This document shows, one piece after another, positions 38,701 through 46,007 of a DNA stretch of 46,729 nucleotides. The position numbers and the translations under genes are program-made. Positions within the stretch are counted from its first letter, which is position 1. Each line of letters opens with the position of its first letter. The notes beneath the pieces are model-generated. The model had not been told where the DNA came from. It did not search any database and saw nothing but the letters and a program-made list of their open reading frames with translations. This stretch comes from an uncultured Methanosarcinales archaeon (lineage in GTDB: Archaea > Nanobdellota > Nanobdellia > Woesearchaeales > 21-14-0-10-32-9): positions 1-46,729 of the forward strand of contig CAZOPU010000001.1 in NCBI GenBank assembly GCA_964581965.1. The letters are read 5' to 3'.

Positions 38701-41700
38701 AGTTTATTCTAACCAGAATTATACTACAATAAAGAACTGTAGAATAATAGATGGTAATTGGGCAACTGGGCTTAACACCAGGCATGGAATATATTTGTCT
38801 GGTAGCAACTATTCTTATTTGTTAAATAATTTTATCAACACTAGCAATGGAAGCGCTATTTATTTATACAGCTCGGCAAACTACAATAACATTACAAATA
38901 ATACAGGATTAAGCTATTCTACATATGCAATTAATATTCGCTCATCTTCAAATAATGTGTTGGTTTCAAATAATGGTACGAGTACAATAAATATGGGTCT
39001 CGCAGTCTGGTCCACAGCTAACAATAACTACTTGTATAATAATACGGGAGTAGGATTAGGGGGAAGTGGCGGACTTTATATTGGTGTATCATCTAACAAT
39101 ACTTTGATTTCAAACAGGGGAATATGTACAGATTATATAGGTATTATTGTAGAAGACTCGTCTAATTGTTTCTTAGATTCAAATACGGGTATAAGTCAAG
39201 CAGGGAGCAATAGAGGATTATATATAGGAATATCTGCGAATATTACAGTGGTCAACCAGACTGCCACAGGATCAAGAGGAATACAGCTGACTTCTGCAAA
39301 TAACACAATAATAAAAGATTGTGTAAGCATTAACGGAACAACTTATGATGTCCATGTAGATGCCACAAGCTTAAACAACTCATTCATAAATTGCTCATAT
39401 AATACTACTGAAGAATATGTTGAATCAGGAAGCCAACTAATTCGCAAATGGTATTTTGATGCGCTGGTTACTAATTTGACTAATAGTCCGTTGGTAAATT
39501 CAAATCTAACAATATATAATAGGACTTCTTCGGCTGTTTATTCAAACCTAACAAATTCGACAGGTCACATATATAGAGCTGAGGTAATTGACTATACAAA
39601 CGTAGGAGGCACGCGGGTATACCAGACAAATCATACAGTTAATGTAACCAAACTTGGATATTATCCTAATTCAACAACATACAATGTTACAAATTATACT
39701 AATATATTTGCAACGATAAAACTAAACAAGAATCCACTTGAATTAATAGACTGCTGGACTTTGTCTGCTTCAGGAGAAACATATAACTTATCTATGAATG
39801 TAAACTCAAGCGGAACATGCTTTACAGTCACAGGCCAGAATATAGTGCTTGATTGTTTGGGATACTCAATTAATTATTCAACAGGAGGAGCGGCTTATAC
39901 TTATGGAGTTTATTCTGACCAGTATAATACAACTATAAGGAACTGCACCATTATAGACGGAAACACAACTAGCTCTAACAATAACAGATACGGAATAATA
40001 TTTGAAAGTAATGATTTTTCAGTTATTTACAACAATTTTGTTAATACGAGCAATTCAGATGCAATGTGGATATATAATGGGGCTAATTTTAATAACATAT
40101 CAAGAAATAGGGTGTATAGTAGCTCTGGAAGCGGAATTGTTCTTCATTCATCATTGAGCAACAAGCTTATAGACAATAACGCGACATCTGCTTCAGGATC
40201 AGGAGTCTATCTTGTTTCATATTCCAATAATAATACTTTGCTAAGGAACTTTGCAAATACAACAGGGTCCAATCCTGCAATTTATATTTACTCTTCATCA
40301 TATAATAACCTCACACAGAACAAGGGAGTCAGCACTTCAAGCAACGGAATAAATATTGATGAGCATTCAGATAATAATACATTGTATTCAAATAACGGAA
40401 CATCACTCGGCACTGAAAGTGCAATAACTTTGTCTAATTCAGTAAATAACAGTTTAATTAACAATTCAGGTAATAATCTCGCAGGAGGTATAGGAATTCT
40501 TGTTGCATATTCTGCAAACAACAACACTCTGATAAATAGCACGGGAACATCAACTAGTGGACAGGGAGTTTACTTGTTTTTATCGTATGGAAATAATTTC
40601 ATCAACCAAACTGCGACTGGAGCCCATGGAATTTATGTACAGACATCCAACAATACAGTATTCAGGGATTGTGGAAATATCGCAGGAAACAGCGGTCAGG
40701 ATGTGTATTATAACAGTGCGGCAGGAAGCGTGAATAATACATTCATAAATTGCTCATATACTCTTTCTGATGAAACAGTTCAGGGCTCTGCAAACCAATT
40801 GATAAAGAAATGGTATTATCAGGCATACGCTAACTATACAAACAATACTGCTGTTCCAAACGCAAATATAACAGGGGCAAACAGAACGGGATCCATACAG
40901 TTTAGTGTGCTAACAAATTCAACTGGATGGATTACAAGACAGGAAATAATTGACTATGTAAACATAGGGGGAACTAGAACATATTACAGCAATTACTCTA
41001 TAAATGGAACTAAGTCATCAAACGCGGTAAATCATTCACTTAACATATCGACATTAACAAACATGATAGATAATTTCACATTCCCTGCAAATAGCGCTCC
41101 TTCAAAAGTTACGTTGATATATCCAGGTGATGGGAATGGATCTTTCATTGAAAGGACTCCTACTTTCTCATGGAATGCAGCAACAGACCCAGATGGAAAT
41201 CCCATTACATACATACTTAATGTTTCTAATTCCAGTAGCTTTGCAACATCCACTTATATAAAGACAGGAATATCAAGCACATCTCAGCTTTATGATGCAG
41301 GAGAGCTTCCTTTTGTTACAGGATACACTCCATATTACTGGAAAGTAAGAGCTACAGATGGAACTTTAGAAGGAGAGTGGAGTGATACGTGGAACTTTAC
41401 CCTTGTAACTTCTGTCAATATTGTTTTGCTTGTTGATAATGTTACATTCCCTGCTATGAATCCAAACGTAAGCAACAGTACAAATGCAACAGGGGGACCT
41501 ACTCCTTTGCTGCTTAAGAGCACAAGCAACACTTACGTAAAGATATCTCAGATGAATGTTTCCGGAAGTCTGTGGTCTACTCAATCATTAAACACTAGCT
41601 ATTGGCAGATGAGAGTAACCCCTAAGTCTGATGGAAGCTTCAACAGCTCTTCTTTAACATCATACTTCAATGTTACAAATGTAACTAATCTAATCAGATA

Positions 41701-41821
41701 TATGAATTATTCAGCCACTAGAAATAATGCCAGCATAGACATAAATGTTACAGTTCCTCTATATGAGCCTCCGGGACAGAAATCATCATCAATAGTTTTC
41801 CTTGCACAGGTGGACACATGA
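26777..41821 (+). CDS. Giant (5014-aa) secreted surface protein: N-terminal TM/signal, acidic spacer, S8 subtilase, 2x LamG, 7 right-handed beta-helix (PbH1/NosD-like) modules, Ig/FN3-like domains
   Basis: Uninterrupted 15-kb ORF. TM segment IRIFLFFALFISAVVLAFIY. Subtilase motifs VDTGIN (D740), HGTSVG (H769), ATGNDG and SGTSMSTP (S919). LamG signatures FDGS..Y and IDEV.(I/F)FNRT...(E)E(V/I)(R/K)ALYD occur twice. Repeated module heads C...Y.L..N....TCF.VTA.N(V/I)T.DC. NosD-type ends GNYY...D.N.DGWGD..(S/A)DYP occur twice. The C-terminal FN3-like segment has TPTFSWNAATDPDGNPITY...YYWKVRATDG. Confidence 0.9.
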   Translation: MKGQHSPQKDSAMAKTAANTSDTTKSEPKSNYIRIFLFFALFISAVVLAFIYSDNGNFLTGNIVSSETPFENVIVGRNILDGERIDINKEVSSIRISGSFSGKGYAKVYAVSGETKVLVYEFKEEDTSSPAATGFVVYGEEEISLVETGETSAVPNVELTENTNENVEQTVEPLQEEITTIEQTEEQPAEQITEEYDAPAPENITENISGLEEANNTNETNETFIEEQAEQIQSDLQVELPPPIYSEENSTEENESYNLSEPQIQTGENVSYNESNISADINVAVEITGETGEELSSPENAEDINQSENETEPVEVLPEVLSEKISVEDGCAETCSVFPFNAEYLLFEISDGSLFIDNFSFVLPESGFYLKDNFTFVNITVGEYENINLNDYFSGSGIFFDFTSSEGYSYEISESSLKIIGLNEGSWMGKVYAVKDDVIIESNEFDIYVYPILSINISSLMQENNLTENISVPPAENESPVNISDLINASVEEEPLPFIVDENILKIISENSTDSRVRVIVKYKKESAPTSVKEYIDDVKDSSVKLLAEESVVDLIEAKERKYSELENLIVEKNSVSADEEISLNNIDDSALPLDLPVEEAVSSSEKQITIEDAPAEETNKEINEGINEEINEEDIINELVSLDSKIKEAEFAEKVISADEIKVEKSLLDAGIESVVMDVKDIEILKNNKDIAALYIDNPVSLLIEDSKEITRIEEAKQFALDNLSLEINGSGIKVCLVDTGINSVVFNYSYGFDFVNNDSLPEDDNGHGTSVGYALKSISPGAEIIAVKVMNSSGMGYESDIIAGLDYCLDENADIVSLSLGGGEYEGYCDDNPVAQKVDELSNEGIVVFAATGNDGYTSMIKSPACARSAIRVGASTKQDTLWSGTNYNNATLLLAPGTEINTVDLNGQPVLLSGTSMSTPIVSGIASLVMGTESFSPKEIYDRLVHTGVLINTSEREFARVDAFNAVINNITNNLSEGEVGINETNGTYMVEASITITIESPPTPSNGSTIVNAPTILANITSTLNSSAWVDIDRSVLGYYSMDFYNSTGIHDNSTWGNFASFAGTLDSSDASAGRVNYSFNFDGSTAYASISPTRFDDAEDVSVSVWVYPHAIATNYLRLLQKGDASGATRGFGIVQESSGFTGFYQPVYGSSEYGTTTSISVSNNAWHHVVMTFDYDSNELKMYINGTDRSSTSSTGWSVGTGNTFAIGRRAGDALNYYDGLIDEVIIFNRTLTAEEVRALYDARTNKLNATFSELAASTHNYTIYAVDTSGSRNSTTVRTFTSLSSPLYACDEALSTGYYTLGMDVTDPDTCFETITDDVWLDCAGHQITFSTSAPTASYGFIGNNDNISVSNCNILDGAMASVGDWNVGVVFGDSATNSSMNNIYVNANSPSIYVEGIGNNATNSVAIADSGTAFYVVRCKYCNIDRNLGNSSGGPGIYGISVNNTNFTNNIGHSTVASEGFVMEEYNNWNRYINNTGISDGTHAFRCVDCFYSEFRNNNGTSISGTWYSGFHLYNSSYNVLVNNSGAGYDGFVLSTYSRNNTCTNNTGISNVDTEGTGTYVHDSANNTIIRQNTSSTTSTSNAITVDGSSNTLFKDCLYISGFDDDIWVTSSSSNVTMLNCTYSLGKITVDSGSQLIRKWYYIAYVNDTATLPISSVNISAGNRTGTLQFTTLTNSTGWIASQELIESVNNSGTAYLASNYSINATLSNGSRIAHTFNITVLGNIRDNFTFNATGAMLSACANLTTANAYYTLSANITSTKTCINISAQNVTINCNNYWINYSSANGADPIAYGIYSNQDGTVISNCNIYDKNRSASYDSRYGIELSDADNSILTNNFVNTTSGSAIHLGNSDYCVLTNNTGVSNYSQGIRLEGSTSNNLTGNKGLSETNEGTGITGSSNYNIFINHTGICRVGSSPYAGVFVYNSQSNSFTNLNASSSIYGIRFNGASNNNFTDCVYVNGTVYNVYVMYESGSTNNILLNCTYANESINGVSNYLVRKWYLTVNVTSSGTGVNGADVTVYNVSSSSVYNELTDEYGQTTKTALTDYVNYNGTATYSTPYNVSVTGDGLNSNSSSYNLTALRNLLANITLYYNSTAPRITIESPPTPANGAIVSPQLQSIVANISSPSDRNTSSWMDYDRTLVGYFAMDSYNSSGIYDNSTWNLFANFSGGISASNLSAGIRGNALNFDGSDDYIVSPLSKSYFSSNITISLFVKPTGAQSTRGIFQLAGATGDSTPWILLKRSTSTQTVWYLNGADRITQTVNDDNYTHLALTYDGSVWRAYKNGVADGTYTGGVGSNAGERLILGNGYNGYYGGAIDEVLFFNRTFFPDEIKALYDSRVNKFNGTLRYILPGTHNYTIYSVDTQGERSNTSVRTFNAGYSLSGCNDNLNIPNRIYFLNTSVTDVDSCFEIWESNITIDCNNYSVTYGTSASSAGNYGVYFGETGNYVNSSVRNCIIYYGSSYDDWNPAIDLLQDNASLINNTIYSSVSIGVWVISKYSLIANNTVLSNGDYGFGIESLNYSRFINNSGTSEEAVSDNPGIYFMNSYWNNISNSTGIGENGAGFEMYHSSYNNLQDIKGISDTAAGIEMWENNYNNTFRNVNATSTSYYGLYINYGSRDNTFYNTTVYSGSSTGLFLFRDARNNSFYNLTARTDGSSTVAIQFYGSGNMTFKDCAAIAPNYEYSVYMDNSGSAYGSVTNNTFTNCTFTGSEVLDSSTQLIRKWYYDAYTNDTLGLYVPSVNVTGANRTGTRQFSVLSNGTGWIARQEIIDYVNNGGSKYYASNYSINGTYSSAVIAKSHNITVENNVLDVFTFNTSSFCRTISAPNIVYNLTQNVSTTSTCFTVTASNVTIDCKGFSIKGNNNSGSIGVYSNVPYTAVVNCTILNFSTGIYFNSSANNGLINNVTINQTYATSCSDSTGVCAAMFGKGSANLSITKLYADKTLSMAENASNLLITSSNIYDISIYPGISYAMLNVSIINTTVTYINPFRANNSYMSSVNISYIYLESMSNLTMTNIRLTGEFETDNANNLYIYNSTLNQTGTTSSSYAIYAYNGDNISIADSNITSASYGITTYGPSLSLRNVSLISKNTSLDVYAACGSSSRNISVSNNYFNSNASSVIYIQQCISNSTFVNNTFVSGTGTGVLLNISFTSGNNTFYRNNFTQTSGYYIFNGNNTNRFNTSVGTVAQGNYYYDISTKNIFDANSDGWGDSGSDYPLNTSTWPTKWMGNGTDYGPAVTAVSCSVLSAAGTTYNLSSNATSSGTCFNVTAANITIDCKGYTITGNNATGTFGVYSNSYNTTVKNCIIRNFSTGIYYIGVINGTIFNNSISTEHVESGDNGKGIYIYASSNYNKIIDTNANATPYGAGVYISYSSNNTIINTTGVSNSTWGIYLIYSPNNTISNSRGISNETGIYVCVGSDYNIIKYSNGTSTGGYMGIRIDSSYASLISVIGTSVSGTGVMLGSSIHNNTLWNSSGTATSGHGLGVYSNNHSIINFNATSSGNYGIYVTGAYNIITAARAISSGSVGILFQGGINNRVLNSTLQSSTSSGVFLWTGSNNNTILYSNVSGSTVSGSGGLAIGTNSQNNTIANSTINGLATLYAVLISGTCSGNVFINNTFKNATSTLLDIDLTSGNNRFYWNNFTNASGYYINNRNNTNTFNTSVTGVAQGNYYDNISTKNVFDSNSNGWGDTGADYPINVSTWATKWTGNGTDYGPATTRTLFVTVTYQSPTPADNSRQTANSVTINVSVSAGMNVSNCTLQWNGTTNYSMTKVGTGISVYCYRTMTTVDGGIYTYKVYANDSLGTLDNSSTRNFTENTPPSVTATITPVSPTTLDNLTCTVGGWIDPQDAPGNYTFQWYNGTTFKFSSGLTTSTTYTLLSTNLSIGDTWNCTITPWDGFENGTAVSTNKYINMPCMTLSTANAIYNMTSNLSSTGTCFNVTARNVTLDCRWNWINFSTGGSGSTYGVYSNQNYTTIKNCRIIDGNWATGLNTRHGIYLSGSNYSYLLNNFINTSNGSAIYLYSSANYNNITNNTGLSYSTYAINIRSSSNNVLVSNNGTSTINMGLAVWSTANNNYLYNNTGVGLGGSGGLYIGVSSNNTLISNRGICTDYIGIIVEDSSNCFLDSNTGISQAGSNRGLYIGISANITVVNQTATGSRGIQLTSANNTIIKDCVSINGTTYDVHVDATSLNNSFINCSYNTTEEYVESGSQLIRKWYFDALVTNLTNSPLVNSNLTIYNRTSSAVYSNLTNSTGHIYRAEVIDYTNVGGTRVYQTNHTVNVTKLGYYPNSTTYNVTNYTNIFATIKLNKNPLELIDCWTLSASGETYNLSMNVNSSGTCFTVTGQNIVLDCLGYSINYSTGGAAYTYGVYSDQYNTTIRNCTIIDGNTTSSNNNRYGIIFESNDFSVIYNNFVNTSNSDAMWIYNGANFNNISRNRVYSSSGSGIVLHSSLSNKLIDNNATSASGSGVYLVSYSNNNTLLRNFANTTGSNPAIYIYSSSYNNLTQNKGVSTSSNGINIDEHSDNNTLYSNNGTSLGTESAITLSNSVNNSLINNSGNNLAGGIGILVAYSANNNTLINSTGTSTSGQGVYLFLSYGNNFINQTATGAHGIYVQTSNNTVFRDCGNIAGNSGQDVYYNSAAGSVNNTFINCSYTLSDETVQGSANQLIKKWYYQAYANYTNNTAVPNANITGANRTGSIQFSVLTNSTGWITRQEIIDYVNIGGTRTYYSNYSINGTKSSNAVNHSLNISTLTNMIDNFTFPANSAPSKVTLIYPGDGNGSFIERTPTFSWNAATDPDGNPITYILNVSNSSSFATSTYIKTGISSTSQLYDAGELPFVTGYTPYYWKVRATDGTLEGEWSDTWNFTLVTSVNIVLLVDNVTFPAMNPNVSNSTNATGGPTPLLLKSTSNTYVKISQMNVSGSLWSTQSLNTSYWQMRVTPKSDGSFNSSSLTSYFNVTNVTNLIRYMNYSATRNNASIDINVTVPLYEPPGQKSSSIVFLAQVDT

Positions 41822-43113
41822 AAAAATCAATAATTTACAAAGCAATTTGTCTTATTTTGCCTGTGATAGCACTATTTATTTTTTCAGTTCATGGAGTTTG
41901 CGCATTGGGGATTGCTCCAGGAGAAAGGCCTTTTGTTTATGATGGCAAGCAGATAGAATACGAATTAAGGATAATGAATGATGAGCATAGAGATACTGTT
42001 TATAGTATAGATGTAAGTGGTGAATTAGCTAAATATGTTTCACTGAGCAAGCAAGTTGTTTCATTCACTTCAGAGAAGAATGATGAGGTTGTTTATGTCA
42101 AGTTCTTTATTCCTGAGACTGAAGAAGTATCTCCTGGGGAATACACTGTTATGATAAGTGTTAAAACTAGCGGGGAGACTAAAACAGGAGTTACTGCATA
42201 TGTGGGTGTTGTTTCCAGGCTGGAATTAACACTTCCAGGAAATGGCTCATACATAAAGATAAATCCATACGTTCCTAATTTCATAAAGGGAAAGGAAAAT
42301 TCATTCTCCATAGATGTTGTTAACAAAGGGTCTAAGACTGCAAAGAATTGTTTTGCAGTTGTAGATGTGTATACATCCATGAATGCAAAAGTTGTCTCTC
42401 TAATATCTAACAGAATAGATGTGTCTAGTTTGAGAATAGAGAATATTCTAATTCCGTGGACTCCAGACGTTAATAATGGGCAGTACTCTGCCAAGATGTC
42501 TGTTATATGCGATGAGGCTTCTGCAAAGGCAGAGTCATCATTCTCTATAGGGAGCCCGAGCGTAAAGGTGGTCAATTTTGTTTCTAGCGATTTTACCCTT
42601 GGAGAGATAAACAGGTTTGACTTAATCCTGGAGAGCGAATGGGGAGAGAATATAGACAATATATATGCTGATGTTGAATTTGCAAAGGATGGCAATTCAT
42701 TATCTAGGGCAAAAACTGAATCTATAAATGTTCGGCCTTTGGCAACAGTAAGCCTTCCAGTTTACCTTGATACAAAGGGAATGTCCAATGGCAAGTATTC
42801 TCTTTACATAATGGTTCATTACTTAGATAAGGATGAGGGAAAGATATATGATGTGACTGTAACAGAGAACAAGCTTTCTGTAGACCAGCTTAGCGGACTT
42901 GTTGTGGGAGGAAAAGGAGTTGATGAATCGCCCACTGATGGAACAAATGCGCTGCTTATATTGGCAATAATAGTAATTGTTATTGTTAATGTTGTACTAG
43001 TTTTGAGGTTAATTAAGAGGAAAGGGCCTGATAATAATACAAATAATGGGTCTTCATCGCAGGAGAATGCTTCTCCAAAAATAGATATTTCAAAAGTCAG
43101 GGGCAAGAAATAG
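41818..43113 (+). CDS. Membrane-anchored surface protein with Ig-like (CARDB/NEW3-like) repeats, coupled to the giant gene
   Basis: Start overlaps the giant-gene stop (ATGA). Signal peptide, then beta-rich repeats with patterns such as ..V.V.N.G...A.N, a C-terminal TM (ALLILAIIVIVIVNVVLVL) and a basic tail RLIKRKG. The domain family is assigned by eye only. Confidence 0.65.
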   Translation: MKKSIIYKAICLILPVIALFIFSVHGVCALGIAPGERPFVYDGKQIEYELRIMNDEHRDTVYSIDVSGELAKYVSLSKQVVSFTSEKNDEVVYVKFFIPETEEVSPGEYTVMISVKTSGETKTGVTAYVGVVSRLELTLPGNGSYIKINPYVPNFIKGKENSFSIDVVNKGSKTAKNCFAVVDVYTSMNAKVVSLISNRIDVSSLRIENILIPWTPDVNNGQYSAKMSVICDEASAKAESSFSIGSPSVKVVNFVSSDFTLGEINRFDLILESEWGENIDNIYADVEFAKDGNSLSRAKTESINVRPLATVSLPVYLDTKGMSNGKYSLYIMVHYLDKDEGKIYDVTVTENKLSVDQLSGLVVGGKGVDESPTDGTNALLILAIIVIVIVNVVLVLRLIKRKGPDNNTNNGSSSQENASPKIDISKVRGKK

Positions 43114-43122
43114 GAAAAGAAA

Positions 43123-43311
43123 ATGCTAACAAAAAAAGAAATTGATGTGCTCCAGCTCAGGAAATTGGGCCTTACTCAGGTTGAAGTATCTAAGAAAATG
43201 GGAATCTCACAAGCAGCAGTTTCCAGCTTTGAAAAAAATGCCCTTAAGAAAATAGATGATGCCAAGGAAGTTGAAAGAATAGCAAAAAGTATAATAAATA
43301 TAAAAGGCTAA
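43123..43311 (+). CDS. Small HTH DNA-binding protein (Tfx / sigma-70 region-4-like), downstream paralogue
   Basis: 62 aa. Residues VLQLRKLGLTQVEVSKKMGISQAAVSSFEKNA are identical to the upstream copy. Confidence 0.8.
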   Translation: MLTKKEIDVLQLRKLGLTQVEVSKKMGISQAAVSSFEKNALKKIDDAKEVERIAKSIINIKG

Positions 43312-43428
43312 GATTGGCTCTTTTTCTCCTAAAAAAGCGCGTAATGCCCTTTTTTTGAGTTTTTTTAGGTTTAATCTTTCGCAAGATTTATAAAAATGGA
43401 ATGTATTTCTAATACTCAGGGGGTTGTG

Positions 43429-43644
43429 ATGGATAAAGAAAAGAAAGATATTCCTCTTGCGGCAATGGAGCGTCTCCTTAAAAAGGCAGGCGCAGAAAGG
43501 GTATCTGAAGATGCAAAAGAAGAGCTAAGAATTGCATTGGAAGAGTACGCGCTTAAAATAGGACAGGACGCAAACAAATATTCCATACACGCCGGAAGAA
43601 AGACTGTTAAAGCAGAGGATGTTAAGCTTGCAAAGACAAAATAA
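43429..43644 (+). CDS. Archaeal histone (HMf family)
   Basis: IPLAAMERLLKKAGAERVSEDAKEELRIALEEYALKIGQDANKYSIHAGRKTVKAEDVKLA is a canonical histone fold. Start moved to ATG 43429 because a TATA-like TTTATAAAA (43388-43396) overlaps the track start at 43396. Confidence 0.85.
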   Translation: MDKEKKDIPLAAMERLLKKAGAERVSEDAKEELRIALEEYALKIGQDANKYSIHAGRKTVKAEDVKLAKTK

Positions 43645-43663
43645 CTTTTTATGAGGTGAAAAA

Positions 43664-44224
43664 ATGTTAAGTATAGGAGTATGGATATTGATAGGAGTGG
43701 TTGTACTTATTCTCCTTATTATATGGGGATTGTACAATGCGTTGGTGAGGCTTAAAAACCAGATTGAAAATGCATGGGCTCAAATTGATGTTCAGCTTAA
43801 AAGAAGAGTTGACTTAATCCCTAATCTGATAGAGACTGTAAAGGGATACGCTAAGCATGAGAAATCAGTTTTTACTGAAGTAACTAAGGCAAGAACTGCA
43901 ATGATGAATGCATCTACAATTGCAGAAAAAGCAAAAGCTTCCAATGCGCTTTCAGATACGCTTAAATCTTTGTTTGCAGTTGCAGAAAATTACCCTACAT
44001 TAAAAGCAAATGAGAATTTCCTGCAGCTTCAGGAAGAATTGTCAGGAACAGAAAACAAAATTGCATATTCAAGACAGCATTACAACGACATGGTAATGAG
44101 GTTCAACACAAAAATACAACTGTTCCCTAACAACATATTCGCAGGAATGCTTAACTTCAAGAAGACAGATCCTTTCAAGGTAGAAGAAACAGAAAGGCAG
44201 AATGTAAAGGTAAAGTTCGATTAA
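43664..44224 (+). CDS. lemA: LemA-family membrane protein
   Basis: N-terminal TM, then [34 protein letters not shown] and [16 protein letters not shown], the canonical LemA motifs. Confidence 0.85.
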   Translation: MLSIGVWILIGVVVLILLIIWGLYNALVRLKNQIENAWAQIDVQLKRRVDLIPNLIETVKGYAKHEKSVFTEVTKARTAMMNASTIAEKAKASNALSDTLKSLFAVAENYPTLKANENFLQLQEELSGTENKIAYSRQHYNDMVMRFNTKIQLFPNNIFAGMLNFKKTDPFKVEETERQNVKVKFD

Positions 44225-44269
44225 TTTTTTTCATTCTTTTTTTAATTTACATTATACAGAGGTTGCACC

Positions 44270-45187
44270 ATGGCCCAGCAAAAAATGAAATTTGTTAACT
44301 TTGACGAGATAAGAAATAATAATTTTAAGTCATTGATTCTGTTCTTTTTGTTCATGGGAATAATAGTAATTTTGGGTCTTATAATAGGCGCCCTATGGGG
44401 AAACGCAGTCCTTGGGATTATATTAGCAGTCATTTTTAGCTTGGTATATGCATTGATAGCATGGTTCTCAGGAGCAAACATGCTTCTTTCGCTTTCCCAT
44501 GCAAAGCCTGTAACAAAAAAAGAATATCCTTATTTGTATAATACTGTGGAAGGATTGGCTCTGGCTGCAGGTCTTCCGACTCCTAAAGCATATGTTATAG
44601 AAGATGATGCGATGAATGCCTTTGCCACGGGAAGGGATCCAAAGAATTCGGCAATTGTAGTAACAACTGGCTTGCTTAAAAAAATGAACCGTGAGGAGCT
44701 GGAGGGGGTTATTGCCCATGAAATGTATCATATAAGGAATTATGACATAAGGGCAATGATGATTGCTGCAGTTATGGTTGGTGTTATAATGCTATTGAGC
44801 GATTTGCTTCTTAGGACATTTTTATGGGGAGGCAAAGGAAATAACAGGGAAGGAGGGGGAAATATTACAATAATATTTATTGCAATAGGACTTGTACTTG
44901 CAATTCTTTCTCCAATAATAGGTCAGTTGATTCAGCTGGCTATAAGCAGGAAGAGGGAGTTTTCTGCAGATGCAGGAGGATCCACATTAACAAGATATCC
45001 TCAAGGTCTAGCTAATGCCCTTAAAAAAATAAGAGATGACCCTGATCCTCTAGTTGATACTGCAAATAGGGCAACAGCTCATCTTTACATTAGTACTCCT
45101 TTCAGGAAGAAAGGAGGATGGTTAAAGAATCTTTTCTCCACTCATCCTCCAATAGATGAAAGAATAAGAAGACTGGAGGCAATGTAA
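44270..45187 (+). CDS. htpX: HtpX-like M48 zinc metalloprotease
   Basis: Four TM segments, HEMYH (HExxH) zinc site, downstream EFSAD, and C-terminal THPP..ERI..L. Confidence 0.9.
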   Translation: MAQQKMKFVNFDEIRNNNFKSLILFFLFMGIIVILGLIIGALWGNAVLGIILAVIFSLVYALIAWFSGANMLLSLSHAKPVTKKEYPYLYNTVEGLALAAGLPTPKAYVIEDDAMNAFATGRDPKNSAIVVTTGLLKKMNREELEGVIAHEMYHIRNYDIRAMMIAAVMVGVIMLLSDLLLRTFLWGGKGNNREGGGNITIIFIAIGLVLAILSPIIGQLIQLAISRKREFSADAGGSTLTRYPQGLANALKKIRDDPDPLVDTANRATAHLYISTPFRKKGGWLKNLFSTHPPIDERIRRLEAM

Positions 45188-45205
45188 TAATTACGCCGTA
45201 AAAAA

Positions 45206-45973
45206 ATGATGATTTCACTGTTTATTTTTCTTTTATTTGGCATTTTCTTGATTTTTGTAGGTTACAAATTTTTGAGTCAAAAGAGAAGAATAGCAAACAC
45301 TCCAACTTCTAAGATAAGAAGCCTCGCCCTTGGCTTGGTTGAAATAAATGGAATTGCACTGCCTGCTCCAAAAGAAGATAGTGGAAAGAACAAGGAAATT
45401 TCAAATATTTCTCCCTTAACTAAAAAAGAATGCGTTTATTGTAACTGCCTAATACAGGAATATAGAAATAACGGAAAAAGCGGAAAATGGGTGACTGTTT
45501 ATTCAACTGAATACAGGCCTGATTTTATTGTTAAAGATGATACTGGAAAGGTTTTGGTCTGTCCGGATGGTGCAAGTTTTAATGCGATTCAAACATTCGA
45601 AGAGCAGTCAAGGTTTAGAAAAGACCCTAGCAAAGCAGTTATGGATTTTCTTAATGAAAAAAACATAAAATTCGAAAATTTTTTTGGTCTTAACAAGAAT
45701 ATGAAATACACAGAGGAGGCAATATTCACAGGGGATAATATTTATGTTATAGGGGAAGCATTATCATCTGGAAAAGAATCAGATGTGGGACATGAAAAGC
45801 TGTTTATAGGAAAGGGTAGATCAGGATTTTTTTATATCTCCTGCAAGTCCGAAAAAGACACGCTTAATAAACTTAATTTAATGATTTATCCTCTTTTTAT
45901 ATTAGGAGGGATGCTTGTTATTATAATGACTGTGTTGATAATATTAATTGCAAATAATGTAATTCATATTTAG
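45206..45973 (+). CDS. GIDE-like membrane protein (N- and C-terminal TM)
   Basis: N-terminal TM followed by NTPTSKIRSLALGLVEINGIA...SPLTKKECVYC, resembling the prokaryotic GIDE domain that often accompanies LemA. Assignment by eye. Confidence 0.55.
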   Translation: MMISLFIFLLFGIFLIFVGYKFLSQKRRIANTPTSKIRSLALGLVEINGIALPAPKEDSGKNKEISNISPLTKKECVYCNCLIQEYRNNGKSGKWVTVYSTEYRPDFIVKDDTGKVLVCPDGASFNAIQTFEEQSRFRKDPSKAVMDFLNEKNIKFENFFGLNKNMKYTEEAIFTGDNIYVIGEALSSGKESDVGHEKLFIGKGRSGFFYISCKSEKDTLNKLNLMIYPLFILGGMLVIIMTVLIILIANNVIHI

Positions 45974-46007
45974 GTTTGATAAGTTAAAAAAGCAAAAAGG
46001 TGATTTA

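Noticed and set aside
42093-42695. 200-aa antisense ORF inside 41818-43113 (also 42819-43106)
   Set aside because: It is a shadow ORF. The sense frame has a signal peptide, repeat structure, a TM anchor and translational coupling to the giant gene. The antisense frame has no motif or ribosome-binding site.
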